Below are positions 23,748-36,914 of a stretch of DNA of 64,000 bases, in pieces. The notes beneath the pieces are model-generated. The model did not search any database and had not been told where the DNA came from. It saw nothing but the letters and a program-made list of their open reading frames with translations. The DNA lies in assembly GCA_951406725.2 (NCBI GenBank), contig OX597829.1, forward strand, positions 18,414,001-18,478,000, written 5' to 3'. Numbering within the stretch: the stretch's first letter is position 1; each line of letters starts with the position of its first letter. The position numbers were made by a program, and so were the translations under genes. Source of the stretch: Octopus vulgaris (Eukaryota).

Positions 23748-26741
23748 TATATGTTTGTATGCATGTATGTTTGCATGTATGTATGTATGTATGTATGTAT
23801 GCATGTATGTATGTATGTGTGTGTGTGTGTGTGCATATGTATGTATGTATGTATGTATGTATGTTTGTATGCATGTATGTTTGCATGTATGTATGTATGT
23901 ATGTATGTATGTATGTATGTATGTATGTATGTATGTGTGTGTGTGTGCGCGTATGTATGTATGTTTGTATGCATGTATGTTTGCATGTATGTATGTATGT
24001 ATGTATGTGTGTGTGTGTGCGTATGTATGTATGTATGTATGTATGTATGTATGTATGTATGTATGTATGTATGTATGTATGTATGTATGTATGTATGTAT
24101 GTATGTATGTATATACGTTTGTACATACAACAGATACCATTCAGTTCCTGTCTGCCAAATCCGCTCAATGACTTTGGTTGATCTGAAGTTATAGTAGAAG
24201 ACACTTGGTAATGGATAATTTCATGATTTTGAAGAGTAACAATTGACGTGGTTAGCAATTGTATAAGAGACAGGGAAATAACATAGAATACCAATAGTTT
24301 ATTAGTTGTAATGACATGGTTAATTAATTTTTGCTAATTAATTTGATGTGTTTTGGAGAGTTTTTTTTTTTTAATATTTACATTTAGGTTGTTATGGCTG
24401 TACAATCTCAGATACGTGGAAGCAGCATCGCTCTTTTGCGGATTATAGTTGAGTCTTGTAGAAAGAAGGTCAACGACTGTTCACAGCTGAAATCTTTTCA
24501 AGCATTCAAAATAAAGCTTGGTTCTTCTTTCAGGGACATGTGATCATTATGGAAGGTCATTTAAGATTGGGTGGGGGGTGGGGGTACCTGACATTTATAA
24601 AATTTGAAGTGATTTTAATTGTATGTGGCTAATTAGGAAGTACTGAATACTATTTCGGGTGTGCTTCTTTCATTGAAATTCAATCTTTGTACCATTGAGA
24701 AAAATTCAGTAGTCATATTTCCTCTCAGAATGTCTTTTTGAGTCATAAAAGCAGTGGAACTTTTTCATGTAGGTTATTGGAATTTTGTGATGGTACCTTC
24801 ATGTAAAAGATTGCTGTAGTTGTCTACTTTCATTGTTGTAGATCTGAAAACGAGGCAATTTCTACTCTTCTCCTCTGGAAGCCATCTACTCGCAATACCA
24901 GAGGGCGCACACTCTCCTACCCTGATGTAATCTCCAGGGATACAGGCATCCAGCAACAGGACCTCCGTAATGCCATGATGGACCGTGAAGTCTGGTGTAG
25001 CATGGTAAATTCCATTGTCTCAAACATGGTCGAACAATGATGATGATGTTCATGTATGGTTAGAAATATGTAGAACATAGATATGGACTGAACAAAACTA
25101 TATTACAGGTAACCCTTCAGGTAAAGTAATTCTGAGTAAGAACTGTGCTTGAAGAATGGCACATTTACATATGCCATCTAAGTCTTTCTCTTCTGTTTTG
25201 TCTCATGCTGTTCTTTCTAACAGCATCCACTCTCCAGTTTCTCAAGCTTTGTACAGGAGATTTCCACAGTCACCGAGACATAGAGCCTTCCTTTCTCAAT
25301 ACAGCTTTTCCTACGGAAGCTTTCTCATTAAATTGTTATTTAATTGCTCTTTTTGATGCATTCTCAGTGATTCCACAAGCCTTAATATTTTGAGATAAAG
25401 TCACATGACCAAGCAATTTATCAACAAGTGTTCTTTCACTCAGCATTTCTAAGAAATAGAGAATCTAATATAATGATTTAGGGAAGGTCCCGCATTTGAG
25501 TGTCCAACATACACACAATCTGTAGTTAACTCAAGCCTATATGTTTGTATGCATGTATGTTTGCATGTATGTATGTATGTATGTATGTATGCATGTATGT
25601 ATGTATGTGTGTGTGTGTGTGTGTGCAATATGTATGTATGTATGTATGTATGTATGTTTGTATGCATGTATGTTTGCATGTATGTATGTATGTATGTATG
25701 TATGTATGTATGTATGTATGTGTGTGTGTGTGCGCGTATGTATGTATGTTTGTATGCATGTATGTTTGCATGTATGTATGTATGTATGTATGTGTGTGTG
25801 TGTGCGTATGTATGTATGTATGTATGTATGTATGTATGTATGTATGTATGTATGTATGTACGTATGTATGTATGTATGTATGTATGTATGTATGTATGTA
25901 TGTATATACGTTTGTACATACAACAGATACCATTCAGTTCCTGTCTGCCAAATCCGCTCAATGACTTTGGTTGATCTGAAGTTATAGTAGAAGACACTTG
26001 GTAATGGATAATTTCATGATTTTGAAGAGTAACTAGCCTAAAATTTTAATTACCAAAAATTACACCTTGGGAAATAACATAGAATACCAATAGTTTATTA
26101 GTTGTAATGACATGGTTAATTAATTTTTGCTAATTAATTTGATGTGTTTTGGAGAGTTTTTTTTTTTAATATTTACATTTAGGTTGTTATGGCTGTACAA
26201 TCTCAGATACGTGGAAGCAGCATCGCTCTTTTGCGGATTATAGTTGAGTCTTGTAGAAAGAAGGTCAACGACTGTTCACAGCTGAAATCTTTTCAAGCAT
26301 TCAAAATAAAGCTTGGTTCTTCTTTCAGGGACATGTGATCATTATGGAAGGTCATTTAAGATTGGGTGGGGGGTGGGGGTACCTGACATTTATAAAATTT
26401 GAAGTGATTTTAATTGTATGTGGCTAATTAGGAAGTACTGAATACTATTTCGGGTGTGCTTCTTTCATTGAAATTCAATCTTTGTACCATTGAGAAAAAT
26501 TCAGTAGTCATATTTCCTCTCAGAATGTCTTTTTGAGTCATAAAAGCAGTGGAACTTTTTCATGTAGGTTATTGGAATTTTGTGATTGCTGTAGTTGTCT
26601 ACTTTCATTGTTGTAGATCTGAAAACGAGGCAATTTCTACTCTTCTCCTCTGGAAGCCATCTACTCGCAATACCAGAGGGCGCACACTCTCCTACCCTGA
26701 TGTAATCTCCAGGGATACAGGCATCCAGCAACAGGACCTCC
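23748..26741 (+). repeat. Local ~1.2-kb direct duplication (23748-24966 and 25538-26741) with a ~570-bp unique spacer
   Basis: Near-identical, including the (TATG)n tract; differs by a ~35-bp substituted block (near 24240 vs near 26035) and a 20-bp indel (near 24792). Confidence 0.92.
24828..25048 (+). mobile_element. 3' end of a second RTE family (ORF runs into the (TGA)n tail)
   Basis: HCCRSENEAISTLLLWKPSTRNTRGRTLSYPDVISRDTGIQQQDLRNAMMDREVWCSMV...EQ* then TGATGATG. Confidence 0.7.
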
Positions 26742-27977
26742 AGGCTAACTGGGAAGATAGTTTTTGTATGTGGCAGATGCTCGGGAGCATTAACCTCTGA
26801 AAATCTGCAGAAAACAACTTCCGTTACTTTCCAGGGGGAAAAACTAGAAGTAGTTGATAGCTTCCGTTATCTTGGTGACCAAGTCAGTAGTGGGGGTGGG
26901 TGTACTGAAAGTGTAACGGCTAGAGTAAGAATAGCCTGGGCAAAGTTTAGGGAGCTCTTACCTCTGCTGGTGACTAAAGGCCTCTCGCTCAGAGTAAAAG
27001 GCAGACTGTATGATGCATGTGTACGAACAGCCATGCTACATGGCAGTGAAACATGGGCCGTGACTGCTGAGGATATACGTAAGCTCGCGAGAAATGAAGC
27101 CAGTATGCTCCGATGGATGTGTAATGTCAGTGTGCATGCTCGACAGAGCGTTAGTACCCTGAGAGAAATGTTGGATTTAAGGAGCATCAGTTGTGGTGTG
27201 CAAGAGAGACGTTTGCGCTGGTATGGTCATGTGGCGAGAATGGATGAAGATAGGTGTGTGAAAAAGTGCCAATCCCTAGCAGTGGAGGGAACCCGTGGAA
27301 GAGGTAGACCCAGGAAAACCTGGGACGAGGTGGTGAAGCACGACCTTCGAACTTTAGGTCTCACTGAGGAAATGACCTGCGACCGAGAACTTTGGAAATA
27401 TGCTGTGTGTGAAAAGACCAGGCAGGACAAGTGTGTCCAGCCCATTTATGCATGCCTTTCCTCCCTTGGACACACAAAGACCTGCTGAGGCAAGCGAAGT
27501 CGATATCAAACCTCATCCGACGACAGGCACCTATGCTTGCGAAGACCTGTTGGGGCAAGTGAAATCGATATCGAAATCAGGATCGAAATTGAACCAATCC
27601 TATGACTGGCACCTGGCAGATGCCAGCGCTGCCTCGACTGGCTTCCGTGTCGGTGGCACGTAAAAAGCACTATCCGAATCGTGGCCGAGGCCAGTGCCGC
27701 CTCGACTGGCTTCCGTGCAGGTGGCACGTAAAATGCACCAATCCGACCATGGTCGATGCCAGCCTCGCCTGGCTCCAGTGCAGGTGGCACGTAAAAAGCA
27801 CCCACTACACTCACGGAGTGGTTGGCGTTAGGAAGGGCATCCAGCTGTAGAAACATTGCCAGATAAGACCGGAGCCTGGTGCAGCCTTCTGGCTTCCCAG
27901 ATCCCCGGTCGAACCGTCTAACCCATGCTAGCATGGAAAACGGACGTTAAACGATGATGATGATGATGATGATGATG
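26742..27977 (+). mobile_element. RTE LINE 3' fragment (same family as 12754), truncated within the PHD finger
   Basis: RLTGKIVFVCGRC..VDSFRYLG..RLRWYGHV..GRPRKTW, 3'UTR and (GAT)n. Confidence 0.9.
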
Positions 27978-27990
27978 ATATATATATATA

Positions 27991-28455
27991 TCATCATCAT
28001 CATCATCATCATCGCTTTCCATGCTGGCGTGGGTTGGACGGTGCAACTGGGGTCTGGGAAGCTGGAAGGCTGCACCAGGCCCAGTCTGATCTGGCAATGT
28101 TTCTACGGCTGGATGCCCTTCCTAATGGGTGCTTTTTACGTGCTACTGGCACGGAGGCCAGGCGGGGCTGGCAACGGCCACGATCGGATGGTGCTTTTTA
28201 CATGCCACCGGCACGGAAGCCAGTTGGGGCGGCGCTGGCAACGGCCACGTTCGGATGGTTCTCTTATGTGCCACCGGCACTGGTATCACAGCTACAATTT
28301 CCATTCATGTTGATCGATTTTGATTTTTGATTTTGATTTTGATTTGATTTTCACTTGCCTCAACAGGTCTTCACAAGTAGAGTTTTGTGTCCCAAGAAGG
28401 AAAGGTATGCATAAGTAGACTGAGGCCATGGGTTATGGTCTCACTTGTCCTGCCG
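27991..28455 (-). mobile_element. RTE 3'UTR copy, tail-to-tail with the previous element
   Basis: Reverse similarity to 15085-15690. Confidence 0.8.
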
Positions 28456-28460
28456 ATATA

Positions 28461-28841
28461 TAGGTGCAGGTGTGACTATGTGGTAAGAAGCTTGTTTACC
28501 AACCACGTGGTTCTGGGTTCAATCCCACTGCACAGCACCTTGGGCAAGTATCTTCTCCTATAGCCACAGGCTGACCAAAGCCTTGTGAGTGAATTAGTAG
28601 ATGGAAGCTGAAAGAAGCTCGTCATATGTGTGTGTCTGTATCTGTATTTGTCCCTACTGCCATCACTTGACAACCAATGCTGGCGTGTTTATGTCTCTGT
28701 AACTTAGCGGTTCAGCAAAAGCAACCAATAGAATAAGTACCAGGCTTACAAAGAATAAGTCCTGGGGTCAATTTCATCGATTAAAGATGGTGCTCTAGCA
28801 TGGCTGCAGTCAAATGACTAAAACAAGTAAAAGAATAAAAG
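28461..28841 (+). mobile_element. SINE family A
   Basis: Match to 5029-5432; B box GGTTCAATCCC. Confidence 0.8.
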
Positions 28842-28933
28842 AAGTGATTCCTAAAGATATATATGGCATATACACAATGGTGATTCCTATGAATATATAA
28901 CATACACACAATACTGATTATCATAAATATATA

Positions 28934-29805
28934 CGTGGTCTGATCAATAAGTATCTGGATTGTTTCCATAGTAACGAAGCTAAAGCATACAGAGTAAAGC
29001 TGCTTAGCAACCATTGACCTTGAACTCTGCTATATGTGTGTATTAAGTTTTAAGATTCTAGCTTGTTTCTGCTGTTTACAGCAGTGCTTGGAAGGAAGGT
29101 GTGTAGCATGTGAGCATCGCATTGAATATGACAGAGAAAGTTGAGCAGAGAATCTGCATCAAATTTTTTCCAAAAGCTTGGCGGTACCTGCTCAGAGGTC
29201 TACGCAAAATTTTTCAAAAAGTTTACATTGTTCTCAACACAATCAAGGAGATCTTTTTGGTCAGATGAAAGCAGTTTTGGCACAAACTTGGCAGACACTC
29301 ACCTCATACCCAAATCTTCAGTGATAATGGACTGAACTGAGCCGTAACTAACCTGCACATCTGATAACTCATGGATGGTGATTCAACGATTTCCCCTCAC
29401 AGCTGCATGCACGTCTGCTATGTTTTTTTTTCAGTTTTGTTGGTTGCTGTTCTCCCAAAATGTTTGTTGATATCAACATTTTTTTGGTTATCTTGGCAAC
29501 GTCTGAACCACTCATCCACTTGTGTGCAGCTCATACACTCCTCTCCATACACTTTCTGCAGCTTTGCATAGGCCTCTGAGCAGGTATCATCATGAAAATT
29601 TTCTCTGTCATGGTCAATACAACGATCACTCACAACACATGCTCCTTCCAATCATTGCTGTAAACAGTGGAAGTGAGCTAGAACACTAAAATTTAGTGCA
29701 CATGCACAGCAGAGTTCAAGGTCAATCTGTGTCAAGCGACTTTACTCTGCATGCTTTAGCTTTGTTACTATGGTAACAGTCCGGATACTTATCGATCCGA
29801 CCTCG
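28934..29805. mobile_element. Fold-back mariner derivative made of two inverted 5' ends
   Basis: TA flanks; ~280-bp diverged inverted arms, each with the transposase start (MTEKVEQRICIKF..TCSEVYAK / DTCSEAYAKLQKVYGEECMS..EWFRR..SAKFVPKLL). Confidence 0.8.
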
Positions 29806-29947
29806 TATATACATATATACAACAGTGATTCCTATAAATATATAGTATATACACAATAGTGACTCTTATAGGCATATATGGTATAAACACAACAGCAATC
29901 CCTCTAGGTATATATATGGCATATACATGACAGTGATTTCTCTCTCT

Positions 29948-30021
<74 letters not shown>

Positions 30022-30092
30022 ACTAATGTAGGATAAAATTTTTTTGGCCAGCATATCAAAAAATACCTTTAAAGGTCAAATTTACAAATAAT

Positions 30093-30153
30093 TTATCGCT
30101 GAAGAGGGGAAAATTCTTATGAATTAACCCCGAAATTGGGACCAATACGGTAA
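30093..30153 (+). ncRNA. Type I hammerhead ribozyme, canonical core
   Basis: TTATCG-CTGAAGA-GGGG-AA-AATTC-TTAT-GAATT-AA-CCCC-GAAA-TTG-GGAC-CAA-T-A-CGGTAA; all three stems pair; predicted cleavage after AUA (30147). Confidence 0.75.
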
Positions 30154-30164
30154 TAACGGATTGG

Positions 30165-30953
30165 CATATACACAATAATGTTTCATCTGGATAAATGGTA
30201 TATGCACAACAGTGATTCCTATAGACATATATGGTACATACACAATAGTGAATCTTCTAGATATACATGGCATATACACGACAGTGATTCCTTTAGATGT
30301 ATATGACATGTGATTTTTATAAATATATATGACATGTACACATGTCTCTAGATTTATTTGGTACTTGCGCAACAGTGATTACTATAGATATATATGACAT
30401 ATACACAAGGTGACTCCTCCTTATATATAAGCCATATACACAACAGTAATTCCTCTAGATATATATGACATATACACAAGGTGATTCCTCCTAATATATA
30501 TGGCATATACACAACAGTAATTCCTCTAGATATATGTAATATATACACAACAGTGGTTATTATAAATACATATAGCGTATACACAACAGTGATCCCTCTA
30601 GATATAAATACACAACAATGATTATTATAGATATATGTGACATATACACAAGGTGATTCCTCCTGATATATAAGCCATATACACAATAGCGATTCCTCAA
30701 GATATATATGATATATACACAACAGTGGTTATTATAAATACATATAGCATATACACAACAGTGATCCCTCTAGATATATATACACAACAGTGATTATTAT
30801 AGATATATGTGACATATACACAAGGTGATTCCTCCTGATATATATGCATATACACAACAGCGATTCCTCAAGATATATATGGTATACACACAACAGTGGT
30901 TGTTATAAATACATATAGCGTATACACAACAGTGATCCCTCTAGATATATATG
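30165..30953. repeat. Degenerate ~35-bp minisatellite with ~172-bp higher-order period
   Basis: ATATACACAACAGTGATTCCTCTAGATATATATGGC-like units; CAAGGTGATTCCTCCT at ~30477, ~30648, ~30821; related units at 28840-28930 and 29810-29940. Confidence 0.8.
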
Positions 30954-30954
30954 G

Positions 30955-31262
30955 ACTATTTGACTGAGGACTGGCGAGCCAGATGGCTGCACCAGGCTCC
31001 AATCTTGATCTGGCAGAGTTTCTACAGCTGGATGCCCTTCCTAATGCCAACCACTCCGAGAGTGTAGTGGGTGCTTTTTACGTGCCACCGGCATGGGGGC
31101 CTGTCAGGCGGTACTGGCAACGACCTCGCTCGAATCTTTTTACACATGCCACCAGCACATGAGACAGAAGGCAACACTGGTAATGATCACACTCGAATGG
31201 TGGCTTTTACATGCCACTGGCACAGAAGCCAGTTAGCTGCTCTGGCAATGTCACACTTGGAT
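30955..31262 (-). mobile_element. RTE 3'UTR fragment
   Basis: GCTGGATGCCCTTCCTAATGCCAACCACTCC..GGTGCTTTTACGTGCCACC. Confidence 0.75.
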
Positions 31263-32649
31263 GATACTAAAAAACAAATATACCTATCTACATAGTTTAA
31301 TGACCATTTTAGTCGGTCAAATGGTCTTATTATAGGAATAAAATGATTATCATATTTTAATTTTTGTATGTCTTTTCGGCATCTTGTCTGTTCAGCTTTA
31401 TGTCCATTCAGCATTATGTCAGTTCGGCCTCTCGGCTTCAGCTTCTTATGTGACTCGTATAAAACAGTAATTCCTATAAATAAAATGTGATGTATAAGCA
31501 GGCTCAGAACAGTGCTGGATTAGAATGCTTTTGGTTTTCATTCTGATTCACTGCTTTTTGTGTTCAAACTCTGCACCAAGTCAAATTTGTCTTTCATCCC
31601 TCTGGCACTGATAAACTTTGCACTATTTTGGGATGGTGGATAAGGAGAATTATTTTTGAAATGGACAGGATACCTTGTGGTATCTCTTCTGATGCTAAAC
31701 ATTCTGATTTCAAATTTCATCACTTGTTAGAAAAATGATGACACTTCTGTCAAGAGATATCAGCAATCATAGCATCCATTTTACCATTCTTGCATGAGTT
31801 GAACAGAATCTGCTGAGGTAAATTTTCTACAGCTAGATACCCTTCATGTTGCCAAAGCAACCGATAAACAAGTGGCAATATAAGCTGCCTTGATTTGATT
31901 AGAAGACTGACTGTCACCACACCACCATAAATATAAGAAATATTTATATCTGCTAGAAGTTAGCTATGAACCACACATCTTTGTTTAGGATCAGGATCTG
32001 GTTGAGGGACAAAAGATGCATCTTGAGTCTAACACTTTAGGTCATTCAACCATCCTAAAAGTTCCAGAGATATATATGGAGATAAAAGAACAAGAAAATG
32101 CAATTATTACACACATAACAAGCTAATGAGGAGGCCTTTACATGGTCACTCAACTTGTTAGAAATAGCTGCTGAATTGCCTTCTTAAAAATGGAAGAACT
32201 CATTGGATGATGTAGTCCTAAATATGCAAACATGAATATACATGCTGTTTGGATGGTCATGGCAGGCTTGAAGACGTTTGATTATAGGTCCCAGGGCTAA
32301 ACAACCACGAACCTATACGAATACATGTAAATATCACAGAGAGAGAAAGACAAACAGAAAGAGATGGGGAGAGGGAGAGGGAGATGGGGAGGGAGGGAGG
32401 GAGGGAGGGAGAGGGGGAGAGTAATATAAAGTAAATCTAATCAAGCGAACTACCATCATCAACTGTATCACATGTGGTATAGTTATAATGTAGTATATCC
32501 TACATGTAGTGTATATAATAATTAATGAAGTTTATATTCAATTTATAATGCACTGTATTCTATTTCTAGCAGTATTTATTATTAGGATGATTCTTGTATT
32601 CCTTTTATTTGTTAATTTATACTTTTCTTTTAACTGTTAATTTATATCC

Positions 32650-32898
32650 ACCACCCCTGCCCCGCCCCGCCAAAGGCCACAAATTCATTCCATCATTTCC
32701 TTACTGTTGTAAAAGCTATTTAATTTGATTATATCGTCAAGGTTTTTAGACCACTCAATTTGTCACTATGTAGAAGCAGGAACAGTACAAGAACTGCTGG
32801 GGTTATTACAACTCCTGCTACTGCTGCATTGCTGCAATAGAAGCTTCTAGTAGAAATCAATAACGGCAAGGAAAGAGAGTCAAAATAAAACGGTGAGT
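32650..32898 (+). promoter_or_regulatory. Candidate GC-box promoter and non-coding exon ending at a GTGAGT donor (32893)
   Basis: CCCCTGCCCCGCCCCGCC near 32654 in unique sequence; AACG|GTGAGT. Confidence 0.25.
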
Positions 32899-33473
32899 AT
32901 GTTAATGCAGTAGGTGGAACTATGAAAGACTTTGTTAATATCTGAGTGCAATATGATAAATAGCTAATTGGCAGACTTGTGACACAGAATAATTGGTCAA
33001 GGTAGCAGACAAGGAAAAGAATTACTTCTGGTTCATTTCATTTTTAGAATTTCCTCTTCTTTTTTTACTTCTTTTTTCCCCCCTTTTTTCCGCCTTTCCT
33101 TTTTTTTTTTTTTTTTTTTTCTAAAAATTGAATTTGTAATTTTCTGTTGACAAAGCATGGCTCTGAGCTAGAGGTAACCATCCAATGGACAGCAAATGAA
33201 TCTATACTTTGAATATAGATTTATGTGTTGTAACAGTCATGCCTTTTTTTCAACCGTGTTACTGATGTATGTGGAAGTTAAGAAGCTAGTCTCTTACATG
33301 CACCATGCAGGAATACAGGAGTTGGGATGGTCATATGTGGCCTGGAAAACATTTTAATTATAGGTGTACTTGGTTAAAGTTTACTCAGAGTTAAACAACA
33401 ACAAATCCCCCTAAATACACAAAAATATCTCCCTGCCTCAGTCTCTCTCTCCCTCTCCTTCTCCCTTTCTCTT

Positions 33474-33506
<33 letters not shown>

Positions 33507-33592
33507 TGGAAAAGTAATATAAATTAAATTTAGCTAAACAACCAACACCTAACATTATGATTAAAGTCATCATCATCACCACCACCACCACC

Positions 33593-33626
<34 letters not shown>

Positions 33627-33736
33627 TCACCACCATCATCAATGTCATCACCACCATCATCATCTACATTACATATCCATTATACCAATTTAGTAATACG
33701 GTAATATACGTAGTATATGTAATATACTATATGTAG

Positions 33737-33964
33737 GAAGGCGGCGAGCTAGCAGAAACATTAGCATGCTGGGAGAAATGCTTTGCAGTATTTCGTCTGT
33801 CTTTACGTTCTGAGTTCAAATTCTGCCGAGGTCAACTTTGCCTTTCCTTTCATACTTTCAGGGTCGATAAATTAAGTACCAGTTGCGTACTAGAGTCGAC
33901 CTAATCGACTGCACCCAATCTCCGCCAAAATTCCGGGCCTTGTGCCTAGAGTAGAAAGAAAAAA
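33737..33964 (+). mobile_element. SINE family B variant
   Basis: 16-bp TSD AATATACTATATGTAG (33721-33736, 33965-33980). Confidence 0.85.
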
Positions 33965-34429
33965 GAATATACTATATGTAGTACATGTAATATGATGCCT
34001 CATATAACACACTGTTCCATATTCTATGGAGTGATTATGATAGCAAAGGCTGGAGCTTTTATTCTGCTAGATATAATTTATCTTTGATAATCATACTAGG
34101 AAAGAATGGTTTTCAACTGAATCAACCTTAAAATAGCAATTGTAGTATTTTATCAAACCTGAGTGGATCAGAGACAAATATAGATGTAATGACTATACTG
34201 ACCATGATAATTATAATATCGCTGTTGACTGTCTGTTGTAGGTCAACGTTGACAGTTCTTCTTCAGTAATTATCACTGGCAGACTCACATGAGGACTACA
34301 TGGCCTGCCCTTCATCTGTAGCAGCAATTATAAATGTGTGTGTATGTGTGTGTGTATGTATTTATATACATACATGCATACATATATATTCATCGTCATT
34401 TTAACGTCCGTGTTCCATGCTTAATTATT

Positions 34430-34479
<50 letters not shown>

Positions 34480-34499
34480 TATATATATTCATATATAAA

Positions 34500-34757
34500 T
34501 TCATCATCATCATCATCATCGTTTAACGTCCGCTTTCCATACTGGCACAGGTTGGACAATTTGACTGAGGACTGGCGAACCAGATGGCTGCACCAGGCTC
34601 CAATCTTGATCTGGCAGAGTTTCTACAGCTGGATGCCCTTCCTAATGCCAACCACTCCCAGAGTGTAGTGGGTACTTTTACGTGCTACCAGCACAAGGGC
34701 CAGTCAGGCAGTACTGGCAACAGGCATGCTTGAATGGTGTTTTTTATGTGCCACCCG
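34500..34757 (-). mobile_element. RTE 3' tail copy between (TA)n tracts
   Basis: (CAT)n-CGTTTAACGTCCGC...GGATGCCCTTCC. Confidence 0.8.
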
Positions 34758-34802
<45 letters not shown>

Positions 34803-34885
34803 GTATATATATGTATATGTATATGTATATATATGTATATGTATATATATATATGCATATGTATATATATATGTGTATATATATG

Positions 34886-35030
<145 letters not shown>

Positions 35031-35033
35031 GTA

Positions 35034-35115
<82 letters not shown>

Positions 35116-35479
35116 TTGTGTGTGTGTATATATATATAGATGTATGTATATGTATATGTGTGTATATATGTATATATGTGTATATATATATATATATGAA
35201 TATACATGTGTGTATAGATGCAAGGACAAAAGACAGAGACCTCTGGAGATATGCTGTGACTGAGAAAACCCGGCAAATAAAGTGAGTTCACAGCTGTAAT
35301 TTTCTGTTGATAAAGCATGGCTCCGAGCTAGAGGGAGCCATCCAATGGACAGTAAATGAATCTATACTTTGTCACATTTAATCAATTTCATTAAATAGTA
35401 TAAGTCTTGCCAATGCAGACCAATACCAACATATATCTGTGTGTGTGTGTGTGCACGTATGTGTGTGTGTGTATGGACA

Positions 35480-35514
<35 letters not shown>

Positions 35515-35919
35515 ACGTATGTGTGTGTGCATGTGTGTGTGTGGGTGTCCTGCTCATACCACCACCACCACCACTTGACAACCAGTGACAGTTTGTTTAT
35601 GTCCCCATAGCCTAGCAGTTCAGCAAAAAGAGACTGATAGAATAAGTACCAGGTTTAAAAACATTACAACTGGGATTGATGTGTTTGAGTAAACCCTTCA
35701 AAGCGATGCCCCAGCTTGGCCACAGTCCAGTGACTGAAACAAGTAAAAGATAAACGGTAAGAGATAGAGATAAGAGTGGAAGGCCAATGTGGAGTTATGC
35801 AGAAGGCCATATTTCTTACAGAACTGCCTCCAACACATCCATATTAATGAGACTTCATTAACGAGTTGAATAAACTAATTTGCTGAATTTTAATGTTTCC
35901 GGGTTTGTTCATTGTTTGA

Positions 35920-36740
35920 GGAAGATGAGAGATGAAGGAAGAAAAGAATGAGGGAGAGGGGGGTAGAGAGAGAAGAGGGAGAGAGAGAGAGAGATGAAGA
36001 GAGAGATAGAGAGAGAGATGAAGAGAGAGATAGAGAGAGAGATGAAGAGAGAGATAGAGAGAGAGATGAAGAGAGAGATAGAGAGAGGGAAATGAAAAGA
36101 AAGAGATGAAGAGAGAGAGAGAGATGGAGATAGAGAGAGATGAAAACAGAGAGAGATGAAGAGAGAGAGATGAAGACAGAGAGATAGAGAGAGAGATGAA
36201 GAGAGAAAGAGATGGAGATAGAGAGAGAGAGATGAAGAGAGAGGAAAAGAATGAGAAAGAAAGAAAGAAAAAAAGAAAGTAAGAAAGAAAGAAGGAAAGA
36301 AAGAAAAAAGACAGTGATGAAGAGAGAACAGGAAAGAGTGAGGAAAAGAGAGAGAGAGAAAGAGATTGAGGAGAAGAGAGTAGAGAACAGAGATAAAGAG
36401 AGAGTAGAGAACAGAGATAAAGAGAGAGAGAGAGTAGAGAACAGAGATAAAGAGAGAGAGAGGAAAAAATGAGGAAAACAGAAAGAGAGAGGGGAAGAGA
36501 GTGAGGTGTAGAGAGTAAAGCATAGGGGAGGGAGAGAGAGTGAGAGAGAGAGAGATGGTGATGAAAAGAGTGAGGAAGAAAGTTGGGGAAAGAGAGGAAG
36601 AAAGAAGGTAAGGAAGACAGTCTGAAGAGAAAGAATGAAAAGAGAGGCAAACGTTGAAGACAAGAGTGGCAAAGAATGAGGGAAAGAGCGAAGAAGAAAG
36701 ATAAAATAAGTAAAAGAAGAGAGCAAGCATAAGCGAGAAA
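35920..36740. repeat. Purine-rich (GA)n-derived low-complexity tract
   Basis: Seen directly; source of the S/L/F-rich ORFs. Confidence 0.9.
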
Positions 36741-36914
36741 GCAGGAATTGCTGTCATTTGGTTCCATAGGAGTCCTTGTTACCAATATAGTGTACGACTA
36801 TATTATTCAATATATATTCAGATATTATTCAATTCAAGTGGTTGCTAGGTATTGGATTGTTTGGTTCTCAGAAGCAGAGACTGACAATAACTGAAAGGAA
36901 TTCTAACATAGACA

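Larger units (their letters stand above)
22082..23749 (+). mobile_element. mariner transposon, internally deleted and decayed, with nested RTE tail and SINE
   Basis: TIRs TATTATGTTGGCTAGAAA / TTTCTTGCCAACCCAATA; MECKNEHF.., VYGVDCLTERLCQK, WISHKLKE (WVPHEL-like), PQYSPDLAPSDYHLF; most of the catalytic core is missing. Confidence 0.85.

Noticed and set aside
25150-25420. Possible transposase HTH remnant (IKACGITENASKRAIK) in the duplication spacer
   Set aside because: Short, interrupted by stops, no termini identified
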